Assembly: GCA_964445975.1 (NCBI GenBank)
Contig: CAYUMP010000016.1
Coordinates: 3,679-67,678 of the forward strand
From: an uncultured Chthoniobacterales bacterium
GTDB taxonomy: Bacteria > Verrucomicrobiota > Verrucomicrobiia > Chthoniobacterales > Terrimicrobiaceae
Direction: 5' to 3'
DNA: 64,000 bases
Each line of letters opens with the position of its first letter. Position 1 is the stretch's first letter. Made by a program: the position numbers and the translations under genes. Below the pieces are notes generated by a model. The model saw only the letters and a list, made by a program, of their open reading frames with translations. It was not told the origin of the DNA and ran no database searches. Shown here piece after piece: positions 9,900 through 18,124 of the stretch.

Positions 9900-10631
9900 A
9901 TGAGAAATCCGAATACAACCAAGGCATATGACTACCTGAGAAAGCGCATTCTCGGAGGAGACCTTCAGCCTGGGGCCTTTCTTTCAGCGCAGAGTATTTC
10001 CAAGGACATTGGTGTGAGCCGCACCCCGGTAAGGGAAGCGCTACGGCAGCTCGAATATGACGAACTGGTGACCATCGTCCCCAAACTGGGAGCAGTGGTG
10101 AAAACACTGAACCGGGATCAATTTCAGGATTTGCTGGGCTATCGCCAGGCCTTGGAGACCCATACGGCCGGAAAGGCCGCGGAACTACGCCGTCCGGAGG
10201 AGGTCGAGCAACTCAAAACGATCCTCGAAGGCATGCGAGAGCAAACCAACATTCTGGTGCAAAATCCGCGGGATGTTGATGCTCTCAGGCTTTTGGGGGA
10301 TTTTGATGTGCGTTTCCATCGTTTGCTTTTCGCGATGGCCCGCAATTCCCTCATCCGTGAAAAATTTGAGCGCGCACACATCCTCCAACGCATGCTGACC
10401 CTTACGCTCATCGAACAACAACTTCCGGAAGATGACGCCTTGAAGGAAAACGTGATGACCGTCTTTGAAGAGCACACGAATATTTACGAAGCCATCCGAG
10501 ACGGAGATGTCAGTAAGGCTCAAAACACCATGGGCAAGCACATGAGCAGCTTTGCGGCAAAAGCTTCCAAGCGCAGCCGGGCGGCCGCGGGTGAGAACTA
10601 TCCGCAAAGTTCGGTGGAAGTACTGATGTAG
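9900..10631 (+). CDS. GntR-family transcriptional regulator (FadR/FCD subfamily)
   Basis: N-terminal winged-HTH pattern: LRKRILGGDLQPGAFLSAQSISKDIGVSRTPVREALRQLEYDELV. The C-terminal region is helical and FCD-like. 243 aa. Confidence 0.85.
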   Translation: MRNPNTTKAYDYLRKRILGGDLQPGAFLSAQSISKDIGVSRTPVREALRQLEYDELVTIVPKLGAVVKTLNRDQFQDLLGYRQALETHTAGKAAELRRPEEVEQLKTILEGMREQTNILVQNPRDVDALRLLGDFDVRFHRLLFAMARNSLIREKFERAHILQRMLTLTLIEQQLPEDDALKENVMTVFEEHTNIYEAIRDGDVSKAQNTMGKHMSSFAAKASKRSRAAAGENYPQSSVEVLM

Positions 10632-10645
10632 CCTTCCTGAGCGGC

Positions 10646-11281
10646 TTAATTCGAGCCGCTCGTAAACCGGACAAACCCGGTCGGACCGTTCACGGCGAAG
10701 GAGTCCCTGACGTCCTTCATATGCCCCTCGATGGCCGATGTATTAAAGGCGATATTGCCCTGAACGCCGCTGCCGATCTTGGCTTCCCCGCTGGGTGAAA
10801 ACTGTACGCTGCGTGAGAGATCCACTTCCTTCGAACCCGTACGGACCTTGAACCTTGCCGTGGCGGCCAGGGAACTCGCCGAAGTTAAGTCAAAGTCACC
10901 CAGGGTCAGAATTTTGGTCACCGGGATAAACTCGGCATTGCTTGGCACATCGAAGGTCCGCGCTGCCCAAAGATCTTCGGGGCCATAACCCTGAGCCAAG
11001 CCGTTGCGCGAGGCCACGACACAAGCATAAAGCGGGCGACCGTTCATGGCGTTTTCGCTGAAAGCCACCCAAACGTATGTGTTTTTGGCGACGGCGTACT
11101 GGCGGGCGCCCTCAAAAAGCGAGGAAACATCCGTGAGGTATTTCGTGCGGCGGGAGGAAGCAGCCATATTCCCCAAAGCGGGAATGGTGGCGGTGGCAAG
11201 AATGCCAATCAATGCAACAACACTTAACAGCTCAATAAGTGAAAATCCTTGGAGGCGATATTTTTCGCCAAGTATATGCAT
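10646..11281 (-). CDS. prepilin-type N-terminal cleavage/methylation domain protein (GspH/FimT-like; 'cassette protein D' type)
   Basis: ORF 10646..11431, trimmed to ATG 11281, giving MHILGEKYRLQG/FSLIELLSVVALIGILATATIPAL. An upstream in-frame Met is possible. Confidence 0.7.
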   Translation of the reverse strand: MHILGEKYRLQGFSLIELLSVVALIGILATATIPALGNMAASSRRTKYLTDVSSLFEGARQYAVAKNTYVWVAFSENAMNGRPLYACVVASRNGLAQGYGPEDLWAARTFDVPSNAEFIPVTKILTLGDFDLTSASSLAATARFKVRTGSKEVDLSRSVQFSPSGEAKIGSGVQGNIAFNTSAIEGHMKDVRDSFAVNGPTGFVRFTSGSN

Positions 11282-11294
11282 GCATGCGGATTCT
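11273..11294 (+). promoter_or_regulatory. copy 3 of 22-bp motif (TATATGCATGCATGCGGATTCT, 19/22)
   Basis: The first 16 nt are the exact reverse complement of 3915-3930. The copy overlies the predicted start codon (11281-11279) of the GspH-like gene. Confidence 0.45.
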
Positions 11295-11524
11295 TTTGCG
11301 TGCAGTTTTGATCGACACAAACGAGCGGACTGATGCGCTGATTTCATGGAAGGGTCTGGGGGACAGTTGAATATATATGGTGATCTCATGTCCTGAGCAA
11401 GTTGTAAAAGAGTTCGCCTTTTACTAAGCAAAATTCATGCCAACGCGTTTTACAGAGAAAAATGACCTTTTTGCCCGCTCAATGATTTTGGAAATTTCCG
11501 GCTTGTTTTTGGAGAGATAGAACG

Positions 11525-11546
11525 TATATGTATGCATGAGTATGCA
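11525..11546 (+). promoter_or_regulatory. copy 4 of 22-bp motif (TATATGTATGCATGAGTATGCA, 19/22)
   Basis: Overlies ATG 11536 of the Gfo/Idh/MocA gene, at the far end of the same divergent gap as copy 3. Confidence 0.45.
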
Positions 11547-12516
11547 GTTAGGCTTGGATCAAGTAGGTCAAAAAAAGGAGGTCACAACACCCCCTTTTCG
11601 GCTGGCAATGCTGGGCATGATTTCCGGCAACGGCCATCCGTATTCCTGGTCCGCGATTGTCAATGGATTTGAGGCTAACGAATTGGATGCATGCCCCTAT
11701 CCCATCATCGTCGATTATCTTTCCCGACAACTCGACGCGGGGATGGAACATGCGGCGGTGACACATATCTGGAGCGACAATCCTGCCGATGCGGCCCAAG
11801 TCGCCCGATTCGCCAAGATTCCCCATGTCGTGGAGGCGCCACAGGATGTGATCGGTGAAGTCGACGCAGTGATCATTGCGGTGGACGATGGCGACGATCA
11901 CGTGGAGCGCGCCCGGCCTTTTGTCGAAGCAGGTCTGCCGGTGCTGGTGGACAAACCGCTCGCCACCAATGTGGAGGACCTGCGGACTTTCGTTTCCTGG
12001 CGCCGCAGTGGAGCCCAGATACTTTCATCCAGCGGCATGCGCTATGCCTCCGAATTGAACGACCTGAAGGGCATCTCTTGGGATTGGATGTCCGTGGTGT
12101 TGTCCAATTCCTGGAAGCGTTATGGCATTCATTTTCTGGAGCCCGTGTACACCCTCACCGGTCCAGGCTACCTCAGCATCCGCTCCTTTGAAGAGGGGCC
12201 CAATCAGTACGTCAGCCTGCGCCACAGCTCTGGCCAGTTGCTGACGCTTTCGTTTCTTCGGGAGGTCAAACTTCCCTTTGGGACCTTCCATGTGAGCGGT
12301 AAAGACGGGCAGAAGGCCTTCCATTTGCACGATACGTACGGGGCGTTCCGCCGACAGCTGCTAGCCTTTGTCGACTACGCCATGACCGGGCACGAGCCGT
12401 ATCCATTTTCCGAAACCATCGAGTTGATGGTGATCATCCTGGCCGGGATTGAAAGCACCCGCCGCAATGGGGCTGAGATCAACCTGAGCGAATTCCAAAA
12501 AAATCTAGCGTTATGA
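11536..12516 (+). CDS. Gfo/Idh/MocA-family oxidoreductase
   Basis: 326 aa. N-terminal Rossmann strand-loop FRLAMLGMISGNGHPYSW. Mid-region AVIIAVDDGDDHVERARPFVEAGLPVLVDKPLA is typical of the family. Confidence 0.7.
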   Translation: MSMQLGLDQVGQKKEVTTPPFRLAMLGMISGNGHPYSWSAIVNGFEANELDACPYPIIVDYLSRQLDAGMEHAAVTHIWSDNPADAAQVARFAKIPHVVEAPQDVIGEVDAVIIAVDDGDDHVERARPFVEAGLPVLVDKPLATNVEDLRTFVSWRRSGAQILSSSGMRYASELNDLKGISWDWMSVVLSNSWKRYGIHFLEPVYTLTGPGYLSIRSFEEGPNQYVSLRHSSGQLLTLSFLREVKLPFGTFHVSGKDGQKAFHLHDTYGAFRRQLLAFVDYAMTGHEPYPFSETIELMVIILAGIESTRRNGAEINLSEFQKNLAL

Positions 12517-13376
12517 AACTGCGAAAAAGCCGAGTCTTGAAAGAAACCCATCAAGGGATGGTAGCCACCTGTGCAAAAATCAACCTGAGCGATCCCCGCG
12601 TAATCGAACTATGCGGTCTCGCCGGCTACTCGACGGTCTGGCTCTGCCTGGAACACGTCCCAAACGACTGGAGCGTGATCGAAAATTGCGTGCGGGCGGC
12701 CAAAGCATACGACATGGACGTGATTGTCCGCGTGTCCCGTGGCTCGTACAGCGACTATATCCGCCCCTTCGAATGCGATGCAACGGGGGTGATGATCCCT
12801 CATGTGGAATCGGCCGAACAGGCGCGAGAAATCGTGGATTTCTGCCGCTTCAATCCTTTGGGACGCCGGGCCCTCGATGGCGGCAATGCAGATGGCGCCT
12901 ACTGCCAGGTGCCGCTGCAGGAGTACCTGCATCACGCCAATACCGAACGGTTTTTAATCCTGCAAATCGAATCCCCGGAGGCTCTGGAGAATGTCGAGGA
13001 AATCGCGGCGGTTCCAGGTTTTGAATACTTGCTCTTTGGCGCAGGCGACTATGCCCATCGCATCGGCAAAGCCGGCCAATACACCTGCCCGGAAGTGGAA
13101 AGCGCCCGCCGCCGCGTAGAAGCCGCCGCCCTGGCCAATGGCAAGCGCTGCGTGGGAGTGGGAATCATGCTAGAGGCTCCTTTGTTGAAGCAGCGCGGAT
13201 ATTCCGTCATCAATCTCGCGTCGGATGTCGTCGGGCTCGGCGGTTACCTCGCCAGCCAGCTTACGTCGCTTGAGCAGGAACCGACACTGCCCCCCGCCGC
13301 CTCGCTGTACTCCAACGGCAATGGTTCCAATGGCAACGGCCACAAGGCCGACGATTCCATGGTGCTGACGAAATAA
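12513..13376 (+). CDS. HpcH/HpaI-family aldolase (2-keto-3-deoxy acid-sugar aldolase-like)
   Basis: ATGA overlap with the upstream gene. Family-like pattern IELCGLAGYSTVWLCLEHVPNDW...VIVRVS...GVMIPHVESAEQAREIV...ILQIESPEALENVEEIAAVPG. Confidence 0.8.
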   Translation: MKLRKSRVLKETHQGMVATCAKINLSDPRVIELCGLAGYSTVWLCLEHVPNDWSVIENCVRAAKAYDMDVIVRVSRGSYSDYIRPFECDATGVMIPHVESAEQAREIVDFCRFNPLGRRALDGGNADGAYCQVPLQEYLHHANTERFLILQIESPEALENVEEIAAVPGFEYLLFGAGDYAHRIGKAGQYTCPEVESARRRVEAAALANGKRCVGVGIMLEAPLLKQRGYSVINLASDVVGLGGYLASQLTSLEQEPTLPPAASLYSNGNGSNGNGHKADDSMVLTK

Positions 13377-13400
13377 CTTCTCCCGCCATGCGAAAAAAAA

Positions 13401-13431
13401 CAACGGCCTCCTCGTAGCGAGGAGGCCGTTG
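13401..13431. terminator. bidirectional rho-independent terminator between the aldolase gene and recA
   Basis: Perfect 13-bp stem, CAACGGCCTCCTC / GAGGAGGCCGTTG, with a 5-nt loop. Flanked by A8 (13393-13400) and T6 (13432-13437). Confidence 0.85.
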
Positions 13432-13455
13432 TTTTTTCGGAACCGGGCTGAAGCT

Positions 13456-14493
13456 TTATTTCTTCTCGGCGTTTAAAAGCGCCTGCACTTCCTGGGTGAT
13501 TTGCTCGTACAATGCGGCGTCGTTCTTCAAAACCTCTTTTGCTGCATCACGGCCTTGCGCCACCTGGTTGCCTTTATAGCTTAGCCAGGAACCACGTTTT
13601 TCCAAAACGCCTTTTTCCAAGGCCAGATCCAGGAGGGAACCGGTGCTAGAGATTCCTTCATTATACATGATATCAAATTCCGCCTCGGTGAAGGGCGCCG
13701 CCACCTTGTTCTTCACCATCTTAATGCGGGTCCGGTTGCCGGTCACGGTGCCGTCACTGGTCTTGATCGCACCAATACGACGGATATCCACGCGCACGCT
13801 GGCATAGAACTTGAGCGCCTTGCCGCCAGGAGTCGTTTCGGGATTGCCAAACATCACACCGATCTTCTCGCGAATTTGGTTGGTAAAAATCACCACGGTG
13901 CGGGCTTTGGAAATGAAGGCCGTGAGTTTGCGCAGCGCATTGCTCATCAGGCGGGCCTGAGCGCCGACCACTGCATCGCCGATCTCGCCTTCCAGTTCGG
14001 ACTTCGTCACCAACGCGGCCACGGAATCCAGTACGATCACATCGAGTGCATTGGAGCGCACCAGGGTCTCGCAAATGCGCAGAGCCTCTTCGCCCGAACT
14101 GGGCTGCGAGACGAGCAGGTCATCGAGATTTACGCCCAATTTCCGGGCATAAGCGGGATCAAGAGCATGCTCGACATCGATGAAACCAGCCAGACCGCCC
14201 AGCCTTTGCGCCTGAGCCACGGCCGTGAGAGTCAAAGTCGTTTTGCCGGAGCTTTCCGGGCCATAAATCTCCACGATGCGGCCGCGGGGAAAGCCGCCTA
14301 CGCCCAAGGCACGATCAATGAGAATGTTCCCAGTAGGGATGGTTTCCACCTCGGAGGTGGAGTTATCACCGAGACGGCGAATAGCTTCGCTGCCATAATC
14401 TTTTTCGATCTGCTGGATGGCGAGATCCAGGTTTTTGGCACGCTGCGCAGCGGCCTTTTCATCAACGGAGGATACAACTTCTTCTTTTGCCAT
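13456..14493 (-). CDS. recA: recombinase RecA
   Basis: ORF trimmed to ATG 14493 (MAKEEVV...). Walker [16 protein letters not shown]. Classic RecA core: [28 protein letters not shown]. Confidence 0.97.
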   Translation of the reverse strand: MAKEEVVSSVDEKAAAQRAKNLDLAIQQIEKDYGSEAIRRLGDNSTSEVETIPTGNILIDRALGVGGFPRGRIVEIYGPESSGKTTLTLTAVAQAQRLGGLAGFIDVEHALDPAYARKLGVNLDDLLVSQPSSGEEALRICETLVRSNALDVIVLDSVAALVTKSELEGEIGDAVVGAQARLMSNALRKLTAFISKARTVVIFTNQIREKIGVMFGNPETTPGGKALKFYASVRVDIRRIGAIKTSDGTVTGNRTRIKMVKNKVAAPFTEAEFDIMYNEGISSTGSLLDLALEKGVLEKRGSWLSYKGNQVAQGRDAAKEVLKNDAALYEQITQEVQALLNAEKK

Positions 14494-14543
14494 GGTCACC
14501 TTGGAATTAAACGGGATTGGCCGGAATGACAAGTGGCCAAAAA

Positions 14544-14574
14544 GAAGAAAGCCCGCCAAAAGGCGGGCTTCTTC
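14544..14574 (-). terminator. rho-independent terminator after rpsD
   Basis: GCCCGCC/GGCGGGC core stem extended by GAAG/CTTC with one bulge, AAAA loop. On the minus strand it is followed by a T-rich tract. Confidence 0.6.
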
Positions 14575-14598
14575 ATTACGGGTGGGGAAACCGTTGAA

Positions 14599-15210
14599 CT
14601 AACGCGAATACAATTCGACCACGAGCTGCTCGTTGACGATCGGATTGATGTCGCTGCGGCTCGGGATGCGAGTGACGCTGCCAGTCAGATTCTCTTTGTC
14701 CACCACGAGCCAATCCGGCGTGCCGGCGGCGGCGGTCTGGTCGATCGCCTTCTGGGCGAGACGCTTGGAGCGCTCATTGAGCTTGATGGCGATTTTATCG
14801 CCAACCTTGAGGTTCATCGAGGAAGCATTGGTCTTGCGGCCATTCACGGATACATGTCCGTGGGAGACCATCTGACGAGCACCGCGCAGGGTTTTGGCAA
14901 AGCCCATCTTCTGCACGACGTTGTCGAGGCGGGTCTCCAGGAGCTGGAGCAGGATTTCACCCGTAACACCACGCTTGCTCGCGGCGAGCGCGAAGTAGCG
15001 ACGGAACTGGCGCTCAAGCACGCCATATTGGAACCGGAGCTTCTGCTTCTCGGCCAACGCGATCGCGTAGTCAGAGAGTTTGCGGCGAGAACCCTTCGGG
15101 CCATGCTGGCCGGGAGGGTAATTCTTGTTTTCGAACGCTTTGGGCGAACCGTGAATAAGCACGCCATAGCGGCGGCTGACTTTAGTTTTGGGGCCAGTGT
15201 AACGAGCCAT
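14599..15210 (-). CDS. rpsD: 30S ribosomal protein S4 (uS4)
   Basis: N-terminus MARYTGPKTKVSRRYG; 203 aa; follows S11 as in the alpha operon. Confidence 0.97.
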   Translation of the reverse strand: MARYTGPKTKVSRRYGVLIHGSPKAFENKNYPPGQHGPKGSRRKLSDYAIALAEKQKLRFQYGVLERQFRRYFALAASKRGVTGEILLQLLETRLDNVVQKMGFAKTLRGARQMVSHGHVSVNGRKTNASSMNLKVGDKIAIKLNERSKRLAQKAIDQTAAAGTPDWLVVDKENLTGSVTRIPSRSDINPIVNEQLVVELYSR

Positions 15211-15245
15211 CGGTCAGTAAATAATAAGTGGTGGAGTTGCGGGGA

Positions 15246-15941
15246 TCAGACGCGACGCTGTTTAGGCGGGCGGCAGCCGTTGTGCGGGACGGGGGTTACG
15301 TCGCGGATGATGGAGATTTCCAGACCGATGGCCTGCATGGCACGGACGGCGGATTCGCGACCGGCACCGGGGCCCTTGACGCGAACTTCGACTTCCTTGA
15401 GGCCGTGACCCATGGCTTGCTTGCAAGCGTCCTGGGCGACCATCTGGGCGGCGTAGGCGGTGGATTTACGAGATCCCTTGAATCCACATTTGCCGGCGCT
15501 GGACCATCCGATCAGCGCACCACGCAGATCAGTGATGCTGATGATGGTGTTGTTGAAGCTGGCCTGAACGTGGGCGATGCCTTGGATGACGTTCTTGCTG
15601 CCTTTGGCCTTGACGACCTTGAGCGGTTCGATGGTGTCATCGAGAGAGATGCTGATAGGAGCGGCCGGAGCAGCTTCTTTCTTTTCGTCCTTCTTGGGCT
15701 TTTTGGCGGCCTTGGGCTTGGCTGGGGCGGCTGGAGCTGCAGCGCCTTCAGCAGCGGGAGCTGCAGGGGCTTCGGCGGCAGGAGCGGCCACAGCTTCAGC
15801 GGCGGGAGCAGTCGTGGCCTCGGCGGTCGGGGCAGCAACGGCTTCGGTCGCTTCGGCGGCCTTTTTCTTGGGAGCCGGCTTTTTGGCGGGCTTGGCTTCG
15901 GCCTCGGGAGTAGCCGGGGTCTGGTTGGTTTCGTCAGACAT
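15246..15941 (-). CDS. rpsK: 30S ribosomal protein S11 (uS11) with an N-terminal Ala/Pro/Glu/Lys-rich extension of about 100 aa
   Basis: Core [18 protein letters not shown]...GWSSAG...[11 protein letters not shown] matches S11. ATG 15941 lies 7 nt after the S13 stop. No ATG, GTG or TTG lies just before the conserved core. Confidence 0.9.
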   Translation of the reverse strand: MSDETNQTPATPEAEAKPAKKPAPKKKAAEATEAVAAPTAEATTAPAAEAVAAPAAEAPAAPAAEGAAAPAAPAKPKAAKKPKKDEKKEAAPAAPISISLDDTIEPLKVVKAKGSKNVIQGIAHVQASFNNTIISITDLRGALIGWSSAGKCGFKGSRKSTAYAAQMVAQDACKQAMGHGLKEVEVRVKGPGAGRESAVRAMQAIGLEISIIRDVTPVPHNGCRPPKQRRV

Positions 15942-15948
15942 AGGTCAA

Positions 15949-16344
15949 TTATACTTTGCCGGCTTTGGCATTCGGGTTGCGCTGCACACCCACCGTCTTG
16001 CGCGGACCCTTACGGGTACGGGCGTTGGTGCCGGTGCGCTGACCGCGGACAGGCAATCCACGCCGGTGGCGGATGCCGCGATAGCAGTTAATAGCCTGGA
16101 GACGCTTCAGGTTGCCCTGGGTCTCGCGGCGGAGATCGCCTTCGATGACGATCTTCAGCGAGTTAATGGCATGAATGATCGCGTTGATTTGCTCAGGCGA
16201 AAGATCTTTGGCGCGCACATTGGGGTCAATGTTGGCGGTTTCGAGGATGCGTTTCGTATTGCTCGGGCCGATGCCGTAAATGTAGGGCAGGGACGCTTCG
16301 ATGCGCTTGTCGGCGGGAATTTCTACTCCAAGAAGGCGAGGCAT
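15949..16344 (-). CDS. rpsM: 30S ribosomal protein S13 (uS13)
   Basis: N-terminus [26 protein letters not shown]; 131 aa. Confidence 0.97.
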   Translation of the reverse strand: MPRLLGVEIPADKRIEASLPYIYGIGPSNTKRILETANIDPNVRAKDLSPEQINAIIHAINSLKIVIEGDLRRETQGNLKRLQAINCYRGIRHRRGLPVRGQRTGTNARTRKGPRKTVGVQRNPNAKAGKV

Positions 16345-16374
16345 ATGATTAGAGGATGATGAGTTGCGTGGGGA

Positions 16375-16488
16375 TTAGCCCTGTTTCTGTTTATGGCGCG
16401 GGTTTTTGCAGATCACGCGCACGACATTTTTACGCCGCACGATTTTGCAGCTTTCACATTGGCGTTTTACGGAGGCTCGGACTTTCAT
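16375..16488 (-). CDS. rpmJ: 50S ribosomal protein L36 (bL36)
   Basis: Absent from the ORF track because it is too short. Hand translation gives [37 protein letters not shown] plus TAA. ATGA overlap with the infA stop. Confidence 0.95.
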   Translation of the reverse strand: MKVRASVKRQCESCKIVRRKNVVRVICKNPRHKQKQG

Positions 16489-16733
16489 TTTGCGTAGGTT
16501 GGTTTTGGCGCATCGTTTTTATGGCGGAAGGTGATGCGGCCCTTGGTGAGGTCGTAGGGGGACATTTCCACCATGACTTTATCACCGGGAAGGATGCGAA
16601 TGAAGTGCAGCCGCATCTTTCCGGAAATGTGTGCGAGGATGCGGTGCCCATTGGCCAGGTCAACTCGGAACATGGTGTTAGGCAGCAACTCGACGACTTT
16701 CCCTTCTATTTCAATAGCGTCTTTCTTGGCCAT
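16485..16733 (-). CDS. infA: translation initiation factor IF-1 (operon copy, 82 aa with a short C-terminal tail)
   Basis: Sequence [41 protein letters not shown]...[11 protein letters not shown]. Occupies the canonical position between map and rpmJ. Confidence 0.95.
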   Translation of the reverse strand: MAKKDAIEIEGKVVELLPNTMFRVDLANGHRILAHISGKMRLHFIRILPGDKVMVEMSPYDLTKGRITFRHKNDAPKPTYAK

Positions 16734-17470
16734 GTCAAGATTTCCGGAGCCCCGTCTGTGACGAGCACGGTGTGTTCAAAATGAGCGGACGGCAGGCCGT
16801 CGGTGGCGACCACTGTCCACTTGTCCTCCAGGACGCGGACGGCGGCCTTGCCCATGTTAATCATGGGTTCGATGGCCAGGATCATGCCGGCTTTCAAGGT
16901 CGGGCCGGTGCCCGGTTTGCCAAAATTAGGGACTTGGGGCTCTTCATGCAGGCTGCGCCCCACCCCATGGCCGACGAACTCCCGGATGACGGAATATCCA
17001 TTCTTGACGGCTTCGCTCTCCACATAGGCACAAAGGTCGCCCAAACGGCGACTGGCCCGGGCAAACTGCACGGCGCCATCGAGAATCTGCTCGGTGACGG
17101 TAAGGAGACGTTCGGTCTTCGGATCGATAATGCCTACAGGAAGGCTGGCGGCGGTGTCACCGATCCAGCCGTCGCGCACAATACCGACGTCGAGCTTGAC
17201 GATATCACCGTAGGCAATCTTGCGGGGCCCGCCAATACCATGAACGACTTCTTCGTTTAGCGAAATGCAGATGTGGCCAGGAAACTTTTTGTAGCCGAGA
17301 AATGCGCTTTTTACCCCGGCTTCAGCCATATACTGGCCGGCGGCATGGTCGATCTCGCCGGTGGTGACCCCAGGCGCAATGAGGGCGGCCAGACGATTTA
17401 AAATCTCGGCAGCTGTCTCACCAGCCTTCCGCATTTTGTCGATTTCGGCACCACGCTTGATCGGGATCAT
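16706..17470 (-). CDS. map: type I methionine aminopeptidase
   Basis: Patterns [23 protein letters not shown]...[12 protein letters not shown]...[13 protein letters not shown]. The 3' end overlaps infA by 28 nt. Confidence 0.93.
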   Translation of the reverse strand: MIPIKRGAEIDKMRKAGETAAEILNRLAALIAPGVTTGEIDHAAGQYMAEAGVKSAFLGYKKFPGHICISLNEEVVHGIGGPRKIAYGDIVKLDVGIVRDGWIGDTAASLPVGIIDPKTERLLTVTEQILDGAVQFARASRRLGDLCAYVESEAVKNGYSVIREFVGHGVGRSLHEEPQVPNFGKPGTGPTLKAGMILAIEPMINMGKAAVRVLEDKWTVVATDGLPSAHFEHTVLVTDGAPEILTWPRKTLLK

Positions 17471-18120
17471 AAGCCGGCGTGTCCTTTCACGTCCTCGTAA
17501 AGGTGAATGAAAACCTCATCCCGACCCTTGGTGGCGTCGACTTCCTGGAGCAGGCCTTTTTCACGATAGTGCTGGGCCACCGGTAAGGTCAGCTCACGGT
17601 ACTGGGCGAGTCGGCGCGAAAGTGCCTCGAAAGTGTCATCGGAACGACGCGAAAGCTCAGCTCCACACCGAGGGCAGTCGGACCCGGAGGTCACGTTGTG
17701 GAATTTCTCGTTAAAAACAGAACCACAGACCGCGCAGGTGAGACGGCTGGTCATACGATCGCTGACCTGCTCGTCGGAAAGATTCAAAAAATAGACAACA
17801 TCGAGAGGAAGATTGCGTTCCTCCAGCCCCTGGTCGAAAGATTCGGCCTGGCCCAGCGTGCGGGGGAATCCATCGAGAATGAAACGCTCATGGCCATCGA
17901 CCCATTGCCAGACGACGCGCAGAGCGAGCTCGTCGGGAAAGAGTTTCCCGGCGCTGACCCATTGATCAGCCTCGAGGCCAACGGCACTGCCTTTTTGTTT
18001 TTCTTCGCGGAGCATAGCCCCGGTCGAAGCCGCAGGTATTCCAAAGGTCGCCGACAAGAGAGCAGCCTGCGTGCCCTTTCCAGAAGCGGGAGGGCCAAGG
18101 AATACGATACGATTTTTCAT
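17467..18120 (-). CDS. adk: adenylate kinase
   Basis: Trimmed to ATG 18120 (MKNRIVFLGPPASGKGTQAALL). Zn-lid cysteines: CAVCG...CPRCG. Confidence 0.93.
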   Translation of the reverse strand: MKNRIVFLGPPASGKGTQAALLSATFGIPAASTGAMLREEKQKGSAVGLEADQWVSAGKLFPDELALRVVWQWVDGHERFILDGFPRTLGQAESFDQGLEERNLPLDVVYFLNLSDEQVSDRMTSRLTCAVCGSVFNEKFHNVTSGSDCPRCGAELSRRSDDTFEALSRRLAQYRELTLPVAQHYREKGLLQEVDATKGRDEVFIHLYEDVKGHAGL

Positions 18121-18124
18121 CTCC

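Noticed and set aside
15642-15941. Possible tandem DNA repeat or CRISPR-like periodicity in GC-rich repeats (GCTTCGGCGGC-like units)
   Set aside because: The periodicity is imperfect and lies in frame within the rpsK ORF, where it encodes AAPAAEA-type peptide repeats. There is no spacer/repeat architecture. It is treated as coding low complexity and reported as the S11 extension finding.
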